A DNA stretch of 64,000 bases. It comes from Tubiluchus corallicola. Its lineage: Eukaryota; Animalia; Priapulida. The notes below the pieces were generated by a model. It ran no database searches, was not told the origin of the DNA, and saw only the letters and a list, made by a program, of their open reading frames with translations. The stretch spans positions 67,536 through 131,535 of the forward strand of contig JAQGDQ010000601.1 in the NCBI GenBank assembly GCA_030141605.1, read 5' to 3'. A program made the translations under genes and the position numbers. Numbering within the stretch: the first letter of the stretch is position 1; each line of letters starts with the position of its first letter. Shown here piece after piece: positions 1 to 12,900 of this stretch.

Positions 1-547
1 TAATACTCTAGTACAACCTAACCTTTCCGCAGGTGGGAGATAAATCTTTTTTCATCTGTTTATGGAATGCGTTTTTGAATGTCAAATTAAAACATTTTTT
101 GTTATACCAAACTTTTTAACTTTTTGTTATTTTATTTTGTGCTAGTATAACCCAAGTAGGCCTAAGTGTTTATACACAATTGCATACCTTTTATATTTGA
201 TTCACAGACTTGTTTGTAAATTTTAAATGTTTTGCACACCGAAGAGCCCTTTTATATATATATCTCAGGCAACAAAATTATTTATTTTTATTTATTTGAA
301 ACCAAATTTTATCAAAAGTAAGGAAATTTGAAAAGACCGAATGTGGACCTGGCCTTACATACCAGTACACTGCAGTTTGGACTGCAAATAAAAGTTAAAC
401 AAAAGGTGTATTTAAGGTAATGTTCTTTGTGTTTTTTCTCTCCAAAACAGAGTTATAAAAAAATTCTCTTCTGCAATCCGACATTTTCACTGTTTTGATT
501 TTTCCATCATTAATTTTCAAGCTTGAAATTAAAATTGTAGACAGTTA

Positions 548-1882
548 CAGTAAACTACGTATAACACGAATTCTTGTGTACCTCGAACAGATCTTGTGGA
601 ACGGCTATTTTCTTTTGTTTTTCTCTTTAACAAACATCGTGTAACTTGAATTATCACGAAACTCGAACCGAATCCCCGATAGAATTATTAAGAATCTGAG
701 TGAAATTACAATGCTGATCTTGAGCAGCCTCCCAAATAAGAAATTCTGCTTGAAAGAGTGCATTACATTACAATTTTAGCTCCTAGTTTCAGCAAAAATG
801 CTAGGATTTCTGGTATTACAGGGCCGTAGTCGGCTTTTGAAAAGTGGTCCGGCCACAGATACGGAACAGGTAGAAGAAGAATACAGCAGCAACATATAGA
901 AGAGTATATTATAATTTATAATACAGAGTTATAATATAATAGAGCACTACACATACTCAATGATGACATGATTGATTAAAACTTCCAAACACACATCTGC
1001 GCCGCTCATTTCTAGCAGTAAACTCGTTCGCAATTTCCTCAGGTCGAGAGCGTCTGTTCTATCCATATGTACATGCAAAGTCATGAGATTGTTCAGTCTA
1101 GTTTGAGTCATTGTACTCCGCAAATAAGTTTTTACTCTACGCAGGGCTGAGAATGTCCTTTCACTTGTAGAATTTGTAGCCGGAATCACTAGTAGTATCC
1201 TGACAAGAATCACAATTTTGGAATAGATTGATCGCATCGCAGGTTTAAGTTCACGGAAATAACCGAATATATCCGACAGACTAACTGATTCACCTTGCTG
1301 ATTTAGGCTGATTTGGAACCGGTGCTATATCCATGATAGATGAATTCATATTCTGTTTGTTGATTGGATATAATTTCTGTGATTGGATATAATAATGAAG
1401 TCTAAACCAAAATTGCTTCTTTTAGCTTCGAATAGAAACGATTTATGTGCTTTATTGTTGTCATTATAAATAATGAAGGGGAGATGTCTAGGCACGTATG
1501 GCAGAAAAAGTAGTCCGGCCATGGCCGGACCGCCGACTACGGCCTTGTATTACCTTAGCAGAATGCTGCACATAACATGGCTTAATGAATGTGGTTCAAT
1601 GTAGATCACAATATTATTATTGTCAAATTCTATTAACCATGCTACTCAGACGACAACAGAGATGCACCAGTCATTTTATTTTTTATTATTCATAAAAAAT
1701 GTTGTTTGATGCTTGATTAAAGGCTCAATTTGTCATTTTCACAGTGATGTGTTACTAGTGTATGACTGACGTTGATGAGTGACTCATCTTGTTTACTTAC
1801 GAACATTGTCTAACTTGTACTTTCGCATCACTCGAACAAATTTTCCGATCCTTCGAGTGTTCGAGTTATACATAGTTTACTG
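548..1882. mobile_element. Non-autonomous Tc1/pogo (Tigger-like) DNA transposon containing a nested hAT element
   Basis: 23-bp TIRs CAGTAAACTACGTATAACACGAA (548) and TTCGAGTTATACATAGTTTACTG (ends 1882) match at 21/23 positions; TA flanks both ends. Confidence 0.7.
819..1547 (-). mobile_element. Internally deleted hAT transposon retaining the C-terminal dimerisation domain (ORF 947-1237)
   Basis: TIRs CAGGGCCGTAGTCGGC / GCCGACTACGGCCTTG; GTATTA at both junctions. The ORF has LLVIPATNSTSERTFSALRRVKTYLRSTMTQTRLNNL, the hAT dimerisation signature. Confidence 0.85.
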
Positions 1883-2169
1883 TACTTTCAAAAAAGGCAA
1901 TGCCTATTGCTGACTCTACCATATACATCTTAGTTTCTTCTCTCATAGCAAAAGTGATTACAAAAATACAAAATCTTTACATTATAATGATATGAAAGGA
2001 CAAAAAAGGTAACTATATAGCACACGAAATGCATTAAAATCAGACAAGCAGATTCATATGTACATACTTTGGCACCTTATGGCTTGTTTCTGAAGAAAAT
2101 ACAGCATGTAAGAACAAGCATACCTAGAGTACCTAATCACATGTCATATGTCTCCCAGCATTCCAGCTC

Positions 2170-5100
2170 TCAGAAGTCACTATTTAGCAACATAAATGCT
2201 TGTTCCTTAGTAGAATGAAATTTATCTAGCCATGAGGTTAACCTGGAAGTCAGCTCAGCAGCCTCTCCTATAGATTTTTCTGTGGATTGAACGATGGAAA
2301 GGTACTCCAGAAGTAGCTTTGCGGATTCAACCGGATGAGGAAATAATAACACCTGTAGTACATGTTAGAAAATAATTTATTAAAAACTTATTGCTTTACC
2401 TGGTAATTTTATCTTGAAATGCCATGTGACATAAGACAGTTAGTATCCGATAAAAATATTAAATGAGTGCAGAAGTTAACACAAACACAATTTTCTATTG
2501 TTATGTTCTCTTCTTGTCTCCTTTCAACTAATCATTACATAACAGCACTTATTTTTTCTTTGTTCTTCCTCTCTCAGAATCTTCTTTTCACTATCATTGT
2601 GGTTTAACAAATTCGTTTCCTTAGCCACAAAGCAGCAAACCATTCAAATTATTAAATTAATTTTTAGACCAAATTCATTTGCTAAGAGTATCCTCAACTA
2701 TGTTGTAAAATTTGTATTTTGTTGTGAAAAATAAATAAATAAAAAATAAACTAAGTAACAGATTCTAATGACAGACATTCCCATTGTCACCACTTGACAG
2801 TGAAGTGAACGTAAACAGTAATACAAATAATGGCTTATCCACGGTCATTGGTCTTTCTTCCTTCTCAAGTTTTAGCAATTTGTTGCTTGGACTCTTGGTA
2901 ATGAATAAATTAGCAAATACGTCATAATCAAAACATTGCAACAATAACAGCACCTTTCACTGTAACTTGCAAATTTAAGGATGGTAGCTTTTAAGTTCAG
3001 TCTCTGTGGTCACACCATTGGATCTGACCACTAAATAGCACTATTATTACGTAGCTAATAACTGCCCCTTTTGCTAAACAAAAAGGTATTTCAGTATTAG
3101 AATTACATCAAAATGGAATTTATTGCCGACTGGTTTCGAACAAAACTGTTATTTAGCAAAGCATCTAAAGCAAAAAAATTTACCAGAATGTTAAAACAAC
3201 ACCGAAATACAATTCAGCAGTTAGATATCCAAAAGAGCTTGTACAACACCAACAGTGCATCGTGGTTTGTAGAATTTGGTAACAAAATGGCTGCTCCCTA
3301 ATATTGAAAGTTCAGTTACTACTAACATATTGGTTTGTTTGTTTGTGGAGTGTCACATTATTTCATGCCAATCAAGATATGTAATCTGTAAGATAAAGTG
3401 TTAAATTATCTATATAATGTTATATCATATATCTTTTGGCTACCTAACTACTGAATTGTATTTCGATGTTGCTTCTAAATTCTGATAAATTTCTTTGTTT
3501 TAGATGCCTTGATAATGAACAATTTTGCTCAAAACCGGTCGGCAATAAATTCCACTTTGATGTAGTTACATTTATTTGTCAAATATGAATTCAATATTAG
3601 AATTATTTCAACATTTACATTTGGTAGTTATTTGTCCAACACATCTCTGGATTTAGGTGAATTCGTTTAAAAATATCCCGAAATTAAAATCCAGAAAAAG
3701 TACATAATGTGTATAAATATCGAATTCAACAAAAATGTCAGAGATGACGTTGTTGTGACAGGATTATTTAATTAAACCTGTAGTATTTGAAAAGCACTCA
3801 TTATTAAAATTAACTTGGAAAAATTTGACATATTTCCAAATAAAATTGACAATATGGCAAACATGGATAAGAACTGATTATTAATGCTTATTAAAAACTC
3901 ATCAATTATTATACCAGCTCTTACCCCAAGTCTGATTGGTTCGTCTATTCCATCCCACTGTGACTTCCTACACAGTAGCTCATCAGACAAAACTCTCAGG
4001 TCAGGTTTTTCCAAAACTTCTTCTGAGTCCTTTGGTTCTGTCTGTTCTAGCTCATCAGCAACTTTACTCAATTCACGTGTCACTTCTTTGCTTGCAACAT
4101 TTATACCTTTGTCACCATTAGTTTCTTTTATTTCTGTAAGCATCTCACTTTCTCTATCAACACATGCAAAATTTTCCTGCACTGCTGCACCACCAACACT
4201 AACTTCAGATTCGTTAGGCAAGCTAGCTGAGGTGGCACTCACAGAGACTTCTTCGTTACGCCGCCTTTGTTGCTCTATCATTTTTGCAACTTCATTTTCG
4301 ATCAGTTTTATATCATGTTCCAGCTTGAACTTTACACAGAATTCTTTGTCAAGCAGTATGCGAGCAAAATCGGTTAAACTGTACGTTGAAAGTTCAATTA
4401 AACTACTGCTGCTTTCATCAATAGTTTCATCAACTGTTCCTACATCAGCATCTGCATGTTCTTCCACTATATTCTCTTCAGTACTTACTACACTTAACAC
4501 AGGTGTCAGCGTTGCATCACCACTAACAGCACCAACGTAGTCACCACTTGAGCCGGAGTATTCCAAACTAACAGATGCTGTAGTATCTTTTGCCCCATGA
4601 GCTTCATTTGACACCACAGAAACATCTTCTGCTAAAGGTAACACAAAGCTATGACTGACTTCACTGACACTAACTGTAGACACTTTTACGGTAACTGGAC
4701 TTTTTTTAAATGGCACATAAGGTAATTCGTCAGTTTTATCAAAAGTTAAGCTTTTATTGCTAACTAATTCAGATGATTTACTTGTAGATTCAGTTTTATC
4801 AATGGATTCCTGTTCAACTTCGTTAGATTTACTCAAATGAGTAAGAGAGACGTTATAATTAATACTGAAAATTTGACTAGAACGGTCGCTGTTAATAACA
4901 TGCGCACCTTGCCGTGACGAATGTTTGGCATTTTCAAGACGTCTATACAGCATGGCTCTACAGTAGAATGCCTCTAAGCCTCTCTGTACAGCACTCACTC
5001 CCTCGATAGTCGTTGATATGTCTACAAGTGATTTTAATAGATTTTCCAACGTCACACCTTCAGCAAGGACCAAGGCAAGATATTTCTCCACATTCTGAGC

Positions 5101-8100
5101 ACCTAAAACATGGCAAATAAAACAACACGACTGTCTGCAGTAATCAAAAGTGCTGCACTACTCATCAATAAAATGAAATCTTGTGCACACTTCTGAAACA
5201 CATCTTCATTTCAGAGAGACAAAATTGCTTGCAAGTAAACTTAGTCAACAACATTTTAATACGGAATCTTTTAGTAATTTCTGTATGAGAATACAACAAT
5301 GTGATGTTATTTATCACTGCAACAGTGAGGTGATGATATCACAAAATTTAAATCAATAAAATGATGATTTGACGGCATCAGTGGTGCTTGTTCTTATCAG
5401 AAAATAAACTTTATCTTCTTAAAATGAAAACAGACAGTTCAGTCTATAGTGCAGTAATGCATAATGAAATATTTAATGTTGTCAAATTTGTGCAAAATAC
5501 TTAAAGTATTATACTTAGGTACATTCAAGACATTCCAGCATCTTTAGGATGGCTAGTATAGTAATTACAGGTGACAGTAATTACAATAATAACAAATGCA
5601 GAAATAATGTGCTCTCTCAGCTTTTTGATTTACGAAGACCAACATGATATCAAATATACTCTTGCCATATACTTAACACACTATCAGACGGTATTACTAA
5701 TTAATCCTCCTAATTAACATGGATTAATGACTAATAAAAAAAACTTATGCAAGATAAAGTTTTTTGCTTAAGTTACCAAATGGAAAGAATAATCTGCACA
5801 GTGTTTGAAATAACCACGCCTTCTTATTCAGCTGCAGTACCGCATCCAGGCAGTTAACAAGGTGGTACACCGAAGCAGGAACTCCAGAAAGAGTTAAGGA
5901 CGGGATGCGAGCGCTCAATAGACACAACGTCAACTCATTAGCCAAATAAGAGACTATCTATAAAAACATGCAAATTACATTTACCTGACACTTAAGTTGC
6001 CAGATGTAGTTAAAATACATAATAATCATATTAAATGAAGTCTTAATAATTTTTCCATTTATACAGCAATCAGATCAGTGGCGGCTCGTGTATAGGCATT
6101 GTGGAACTGCAGTACACCTTATTATCACTCAATATTATTGATAACATTCAATATAATAAGTCTTTTTAATTTAGTTCTTTCTTTATACTTGTACCGAACC
6201 ACAGCATGTGGGGGTAGTTCTGTTTGCTTTACAGCCCAGCACAATGGTGTGTTTGGCTGTTGTGGGCATGGGGCCATGTGCACATGTTTGAGATAACATG
6301 CTGTACTCTGCACTGCTAAAGTCTGCTGCTAGGTAGAGAAAGTACTGTTGCTCACACAGTTTGTTGTCAGTTGTCACATGCTTAAAAACTGTATACTCTT
6401 GAACTGGCATATTCTTGTACTGCGGCAATTTAGGCTATTCGTAAGCAAAAAATTTTTTGGTTTAGGACTTTACCAAGTTGATGCATAAATTTTCATACAT
6501 TTGTTTGTTTAAAATTACAACATTAAAATTGCATATGTTTGTTTTGTTTCACACCTTATTAAAACAATGGCTAAAAATTTTCTTAAGCAGCACCCCACTA
6601 ATTTTAATTATGAACCGCCACTGAATCACATGCTCACAAATGGCAAATGATAAAAAAAAATTACATACGAGCAGTGAATGTTTCTACAGTTCCAGTACTC
6701 TTTATTAAACATAAATTAAATTTCTTATTCCTCCAATAAAGCATAAAAGACAAATTTCATGATTTAATTAAAGAATTGACCGAATTTTTAAGGGAATACA
6801 ACAACTGTGGTACGACGAACCAACACTGCAATGCTCATAGAGATAATTTTCAAGCAAGTAGGATTAGTAGCATAGCTAGCAGCAACTTTTCAGAGAGCGG
6901 CACTTCTATCAAGTGAGCCGAAAAAGTTGATTCTCTCAAAACAGTAAAAATGCCTTTAATTGCCACCCGACACAATATAATTTTGTACAAAAACGATGCT
7001 TACAGCACCTTCTGCCAAAAGCGTGCGAACGAGGAACCTGATAATTAATAAATTTAATATTTTTTACAATGTTTACATAGTTTTCGTTGTTTTCAGAATT
7101 TCTGTACAGTACATGTCTTGATTTAACTGTGAAATACATTTGTAATTGCACTCTTTACTGTATGAACATTTGAAGAAGGCTCTGAGTGGGCCTATCTTAG
7201 TTTTGCGTGGAAAATTAAATTTATTTCTTTGCGAGCAATTTCAGTAGTATTTTATCAAATTACAACAACATTTTTCACAACTGCCGTAAAACCCCATCCA
7301 AGGATGTTGCAACGTTGCATTTCTTAAAGAGGATGGCAAACTCAAGTGCCGCGCCGAGCACCACAAGTTCTAGCTAAGGCCACTGAGTAGGTTACAGTAC
7401 AAACAGCATTTAAGCAGTTTAGAGTAACATGAATGTCATCATATAACTGGGTGAGAGTAGCAAATAAACCTTACAATTGAGTTTTGTTCAAAATTGTTCT
7501 GTTGTTGTTGTCAAGTATTTAACTAATGACCTATAGATCAACAATTAAATTCTATCTTTCAAAAAATCCTTTATGTGGTTTCTAATGCATTTATACAAAT
7601 AAAACCTAATGGTTACCATTTTGTCTGAAGCATTTTGAGGAAGATTTCGACTAGCTTTCAGGGTTTTGTACAACTGCTCAGCAGGATGTGTTGCCATGGT
7701 TACTGGTAAACATGTGCCCCATATGTGGTCAATGTATCTTAGAAGTGGCATATTATCGATCACGAATGGCTCCCAAAGTAACTTGTTTGACAGTAGCAAA
7801 TCTCTGCACATTTCAAGATTATCTACACAAAAAAGCAAAGTAGGCAGTAATTCAACAAGTGCACCTCTTACTTACAAAAGGAAATCTGTAAAGGTACGTA
7901 TTTTCTAATGTAAGTAATGGATGTTATGAATTTTTACGTAAGCAATGGATGAGAATAAAAAAAAATGGCAGCAAAACTGATTTAACCTCACCTTTATGAA
8001 TCGCCACATCAGGAAGAAAATCTAGACATTCTAGCTTGCGAAGAAATTCATTGGGAAGACAGTTCAGCTTTACCAAACACTTTGCTAATATTTCCTCCAC

Positions 8101-9904
8101 GACAACAGAAAGTTGGTAGACCTAAAAGCAAACAAACAAATGACAATGTTATCTATAGACTTCTACTTAACAACTTATAGTGCAGTGAAGTCAAGTTATA
8201 GTTCGGCAATGCAAATGCGTACAATGACTAAAAATGAAATGAATGAAAATCAATGAACAGTGCATGTAACTGTGTTACAACGAAGGCTTTAATTATCATT
8301 AGAATATCATTATCGCTAATAATGCCTCTTAAGGCGCTCCATGACACAGCTATTTCGAACTACCTATCAAACATCGTGTTGTAGTTTTTCTGGAACTGTC
8401 CAAATTTACTTTGATGGAACAATTCCGTGAGTAATGTGGGAATCGAGAAAAAAGTAGTGTAGTTGTATTTTACTGTATTGTATATAAATTTGTATTATTA
8501 TGTTGCCTGTAACTTGTCTTCCATCATCAATAAACTATTATTACTGCTCATAATTTTCACTAATAAAATTGGTCGTCCAACCTTCAGATTTTCCTGAGTT
8601 TCTGTAATACTGATAACTTCAGGAAATTTCCCAGCTTGTCGACACTCTGCTATGTACCGCAAAGCATACAGCGTTGACTTCTCCATCTCCCCTGCTCTCC
8701 ACAAGATATGTGCTGCCACCTTCAGTGAGGTTGCATCAACTCTTTTGGTCAATGCCGCTGCAGCTTCAGCTGGTTTGTGCAGGGCAAGAAAACTAAAATT
8801 AAAAAAATAGTACAACTTTAACTCTGAGACAGATAGATAGAGAAGATAATTTTGCAGCAAAATTATTACTAAACTTTCGAAATAATGCGAACATTTGCCA
8901 GTATCTTATTCACTCTAATGCAAAATACACAAATGGTTTTGTTAAACTGCACAATTTGAAACTGCAGGATTATTTACTGACACAATAAACGAATGTCTTA
9001 CCATCTTATTCCGAAATTTATTTACATTTACAACTATTGGGATTCACAAATTAAGAAAAATTAAATTTATATATATAAATTTAATTTTTCTTAATTTGTG
9101 AATATATATATATATATATAAATATAAAACTTACACTTTGCATTTGCAATATAAATTATAAATAAGTAAATTACATGGTTGTCAAGGGTATCAAAAACGT
9201 CTAGTCTTATTTTCAGGTCGCACCTTTCACACAATAGATAAAAAACAGTGTGGAAATGGATTACTATACTTTTCTAAAACTAAGAAGAATTCTTTTTTAC
9301 TACCTGGCTGCAACACAGAACCCCATAGCCCAGTTGACATCAGCAAAGTTAACCAATTAAACTCAAACCAAAGCTAAGTGCAACAACCAATAGAATATTA
9401 CCATTTAGCCGCTAATTCGTAGTTACCATCTTTGCTTAACTGATCAGCCCAGCCAGCATAAGCAGTCTCTAACAGAGGATCATAAGGGGAAAGTCGGATT
9501 TTTGCCAACACGGCTGCTTCCCTATAAGTAGTAAGGTCACACATTCAAAGTAAGGCCAGGAAAAGTATTCATATTACAATAAAGTCTCTTAATAAAATTT
9601 GAAAACTATAAAAGCCATGTTCTAAGATACCACATGGTGTACCCCATTTGCTTGAAAAAAATACTTATTTTTAAATTTAAATTTTTAATGTTTAAAACTT
9701 AGCGACAATATGGATGCACCCATACACTGGTTAGTAAGCAAAAAAGTAGCAAGCAAGCAGTAACCATTGTTGCAATGAACAATAGTTTGTTTGTTACAAA
9801 AATTATTCAAAGGGAATACTGATTTTGAAATTTGTCTTTTAGCCTTCAGGGCATCAGCACTAATACAATCCAAGAGAATACTGCACACACACACACACGC
9901 ACGC

Positions 9905-9936
<32 letters not shown>

Positions 9937-12900
9937 GCACGCACACACGCACGCACACACACACACACACACACACAGCAAACAAAAAAAACTAAACGAC
10001 AAGGAAAAAAATGGGTTATGACCCAGAGATATCCGTATGGATGTCACGGAGTTCGAAGCTAAACTACAATCACTAAGACAATGATTCCTAATGACCAAGC
10101 GACATCCGTACGATCCGTACAACACAGGGATATCGTAAGCATCATTTGCTAGTTAACGTCACGGAGTTCGAAGATAAACTACGACCATTCCCTACCTAAG
10201 ACAATGACTTCTTACGACCCGGAGATATCCGTATGATCTGGCGTATGACACGGGGATATTGTAAGCATCATTTGCTCGTTAACATCATGGAGTTTGAAAT
10301 TAAACTACAATCATTCCCTACCTAAGACAGTAATTCCTAACGACCCGAGGATATCCGTACGATCTGGCGTGTGACATGGGGATATCATAAGCATCACTTG
10401 CTCGTTAACATCACGGAGTTCGAGACTAAACTATGACCATTCCCTACTTGAGACTGATTCTTAACATCAAAGCCCACCCATATTCTGTATCCAAGCAAAA
10501 CTCCACTGTCAGTCCACACTAAATTCACTTTTTGTGAATCCTACTAGTTATCCGATTACTGCGACATCTCGCTTGTGTTTCCCTTTAAACAAATTTACGC
10601 TGCTCCATATAAATTCCACAACTTAAAAATTAATTTAAATTTGTACAAAATATACGTACTTGAAAAACCCATTGTTCAATAGCATATGTAAAGCCTCTTG
10701 GACTCGGTGACAAGCTAGCAGATACAATAAAGCTTTGTGATGTTGCTCCATAGTAATCAGCTGTTCTGCATAGGTTCTACAGACGCTCTCAAATACCTCG
10801 GACGACCCGTGTGGAATGAGAGAAACCAAGTAATCACTGAAAAAGCCTGTCTCAGATGCGATCTTCAGGGCACCACCAATGTTGCCTTTCCAGATCTCTA
10901 ACCAGAGGAGATAATCAATGTTACCAGAAGCTTTATGGTGTTCACCTGGTGGTAATAACAAAAACTATTTTAAGAAACAATATGACCTAATATTAGCAGA
11001 ATGTACAATCAAATACACAGCTAAAAATTTAGGTACCGATACAGGCAGTTTAAATTAGTACTTTTCTGAATTGTAAAGTGTGTCAATTACACTGGCACCT
11101 AGATACTTGTAGAAATTTGTAACGACTCAAGTAGAAACATGCATGGCAAAATACATAAAGTAAAAAAGTCTTATAAAATAATTTTAAAAGATCTATAAGT
11201 GATTCACTCTTTACTACTATTTATACCAGTGTTTTCATCTAACTTAAAATATTTTTAATGCAAGACAATCGACCGCTACAAATTACGTAGTTGCAGCAAG
11301 CGCATTGTCATACAATGCATGTAAGACAACCAGTGTATTTTATAGAACTTAGCAGATCTTTGCCGTCTACATCTGTCAAAGCAATATTCTGCTGTCTTGC
11401 AATCTAATACAGTGAAACTAATTTTAAATCGACAATTCCAACATCGAAAACCATACAGCTGAAACATATAGTTACATAATATTGATAGCACACTAATGTC
11501 TATCAGCAGAAATTTTCTGAAGATACTTTCTATAAAAAAGTAGAATAAATAAAAGAAGTCTGATGTTCCTTGTTAATGAAAAAAGTTGTAAGAATAGCAC
11601 AAAAATTCATGAATACATACTATAGATGCATAGCACCATAAGGGCTCTTTTATCTTCAATAACAATGTGAAATCTAGTAGTTCACCACGAATTACCTTCC
11701 AGTTTCAGCAATCTAAACACTGCTCTACGATCAGTAAACATTCCAGTGTGAAGAACATCATTGCTGTCATCAATCGCTTCGTTTTCTTTATTGCCTGCAT
11801 TATGAAATCACAAGCAATAAGAAATGTGTAACAACTTACTACACATTTGGATACATATTTTGGATACACATTTGGATACATGGCAGATATTTTGAGAAAA
11901 TAAAAACAAAAAACTGAAAAGGTTTCTGTCATGAATAACGGCTTACATGATTGCAAAAGTTAGAAAAAGTCCATTAGTGGCAAACCTTGTTAAAATAATG
12001 ATATACCAGATCAGCCTCCTGACCAAGCTGATTTTGTTAGTATTTATAAAAAGACGGAATAAGCAGTAAAAAAGAAAGCACGGCTCTTGTTAATAAAACG
12101 GATGTATTTCAGCAATGTATAATTTAGTGTATAATAAGCAGCATTACATTTAAGGTTCATAAAAAGAAAAGCTGAAACTTAACTGATTTCATTACAACAA
12201 TCTAGTACATCAAAATTTCAGTCATCCAGATCTTATTAATCTGGGAAACTGTACTCCAGCTAATTCAAGCAAAAATTTAATTGAGACCACAAACAATTAA
12301 TGGAACACGGACAGGTATCTGAGTGACTGGAATCCCTACCTGATAATCGCCTACAACATGCTGAACTTATGCTAGGATAAAACATGAATTTATTGCATTC
12401 ATTTATTTGTTTTATTAGTAGATACTTGTCTCTGCATTTACTTATCAATTAACTTTCAACAACATTAGCTGATCAATTTTTACTGAAAAATAATCAAAAG
12501 CAATTAATTAACTAGACTGGCACTGGAGTAGAGACCTCAGCCAAAGGCCGTACAATTCTAAATTGTCCGTCTGACTCTTTTCATGGAAAAATAAATGATA
12601 AACAGAGATAACCTGATGCCAGATCCATATCAAAATATAACGGGTTCTTACTTACTTTGTCCCCGAACTAAAATTTCCGGGAAACTGGCTAAGTAATTTT
12701 TACCTAATCCTGCTAGCTAACAGAAAACAAGTGGTGACGAAACCATAATCACCTTGGCAGAGGTGACAAAGGATTCACAAAACAATAACTGAATTAGTCA
12801 TGAGGTCACTGTCAGATATAAATAATTCCACTTTTACCATAAATGTAATCAGCCAGAGCAATGCAATCGGCATAAGACTGAACCTTTCCTTGATTATCCC

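Noticed and set aside
2765-2953. Extra Gemin5 exon
   Set aside because: No convincing donor site; the exon ending at 3925 already joins in phase to 2352.
3884-4540. 218-aa plus-strand ORF
   Set aside because: A Ser-rich antisense shadow of the large Gemin5 exon.
9685-10125. ORFs with CV/HT repeats
   Set aside because: These are translations of the (CA)n microsatellite.
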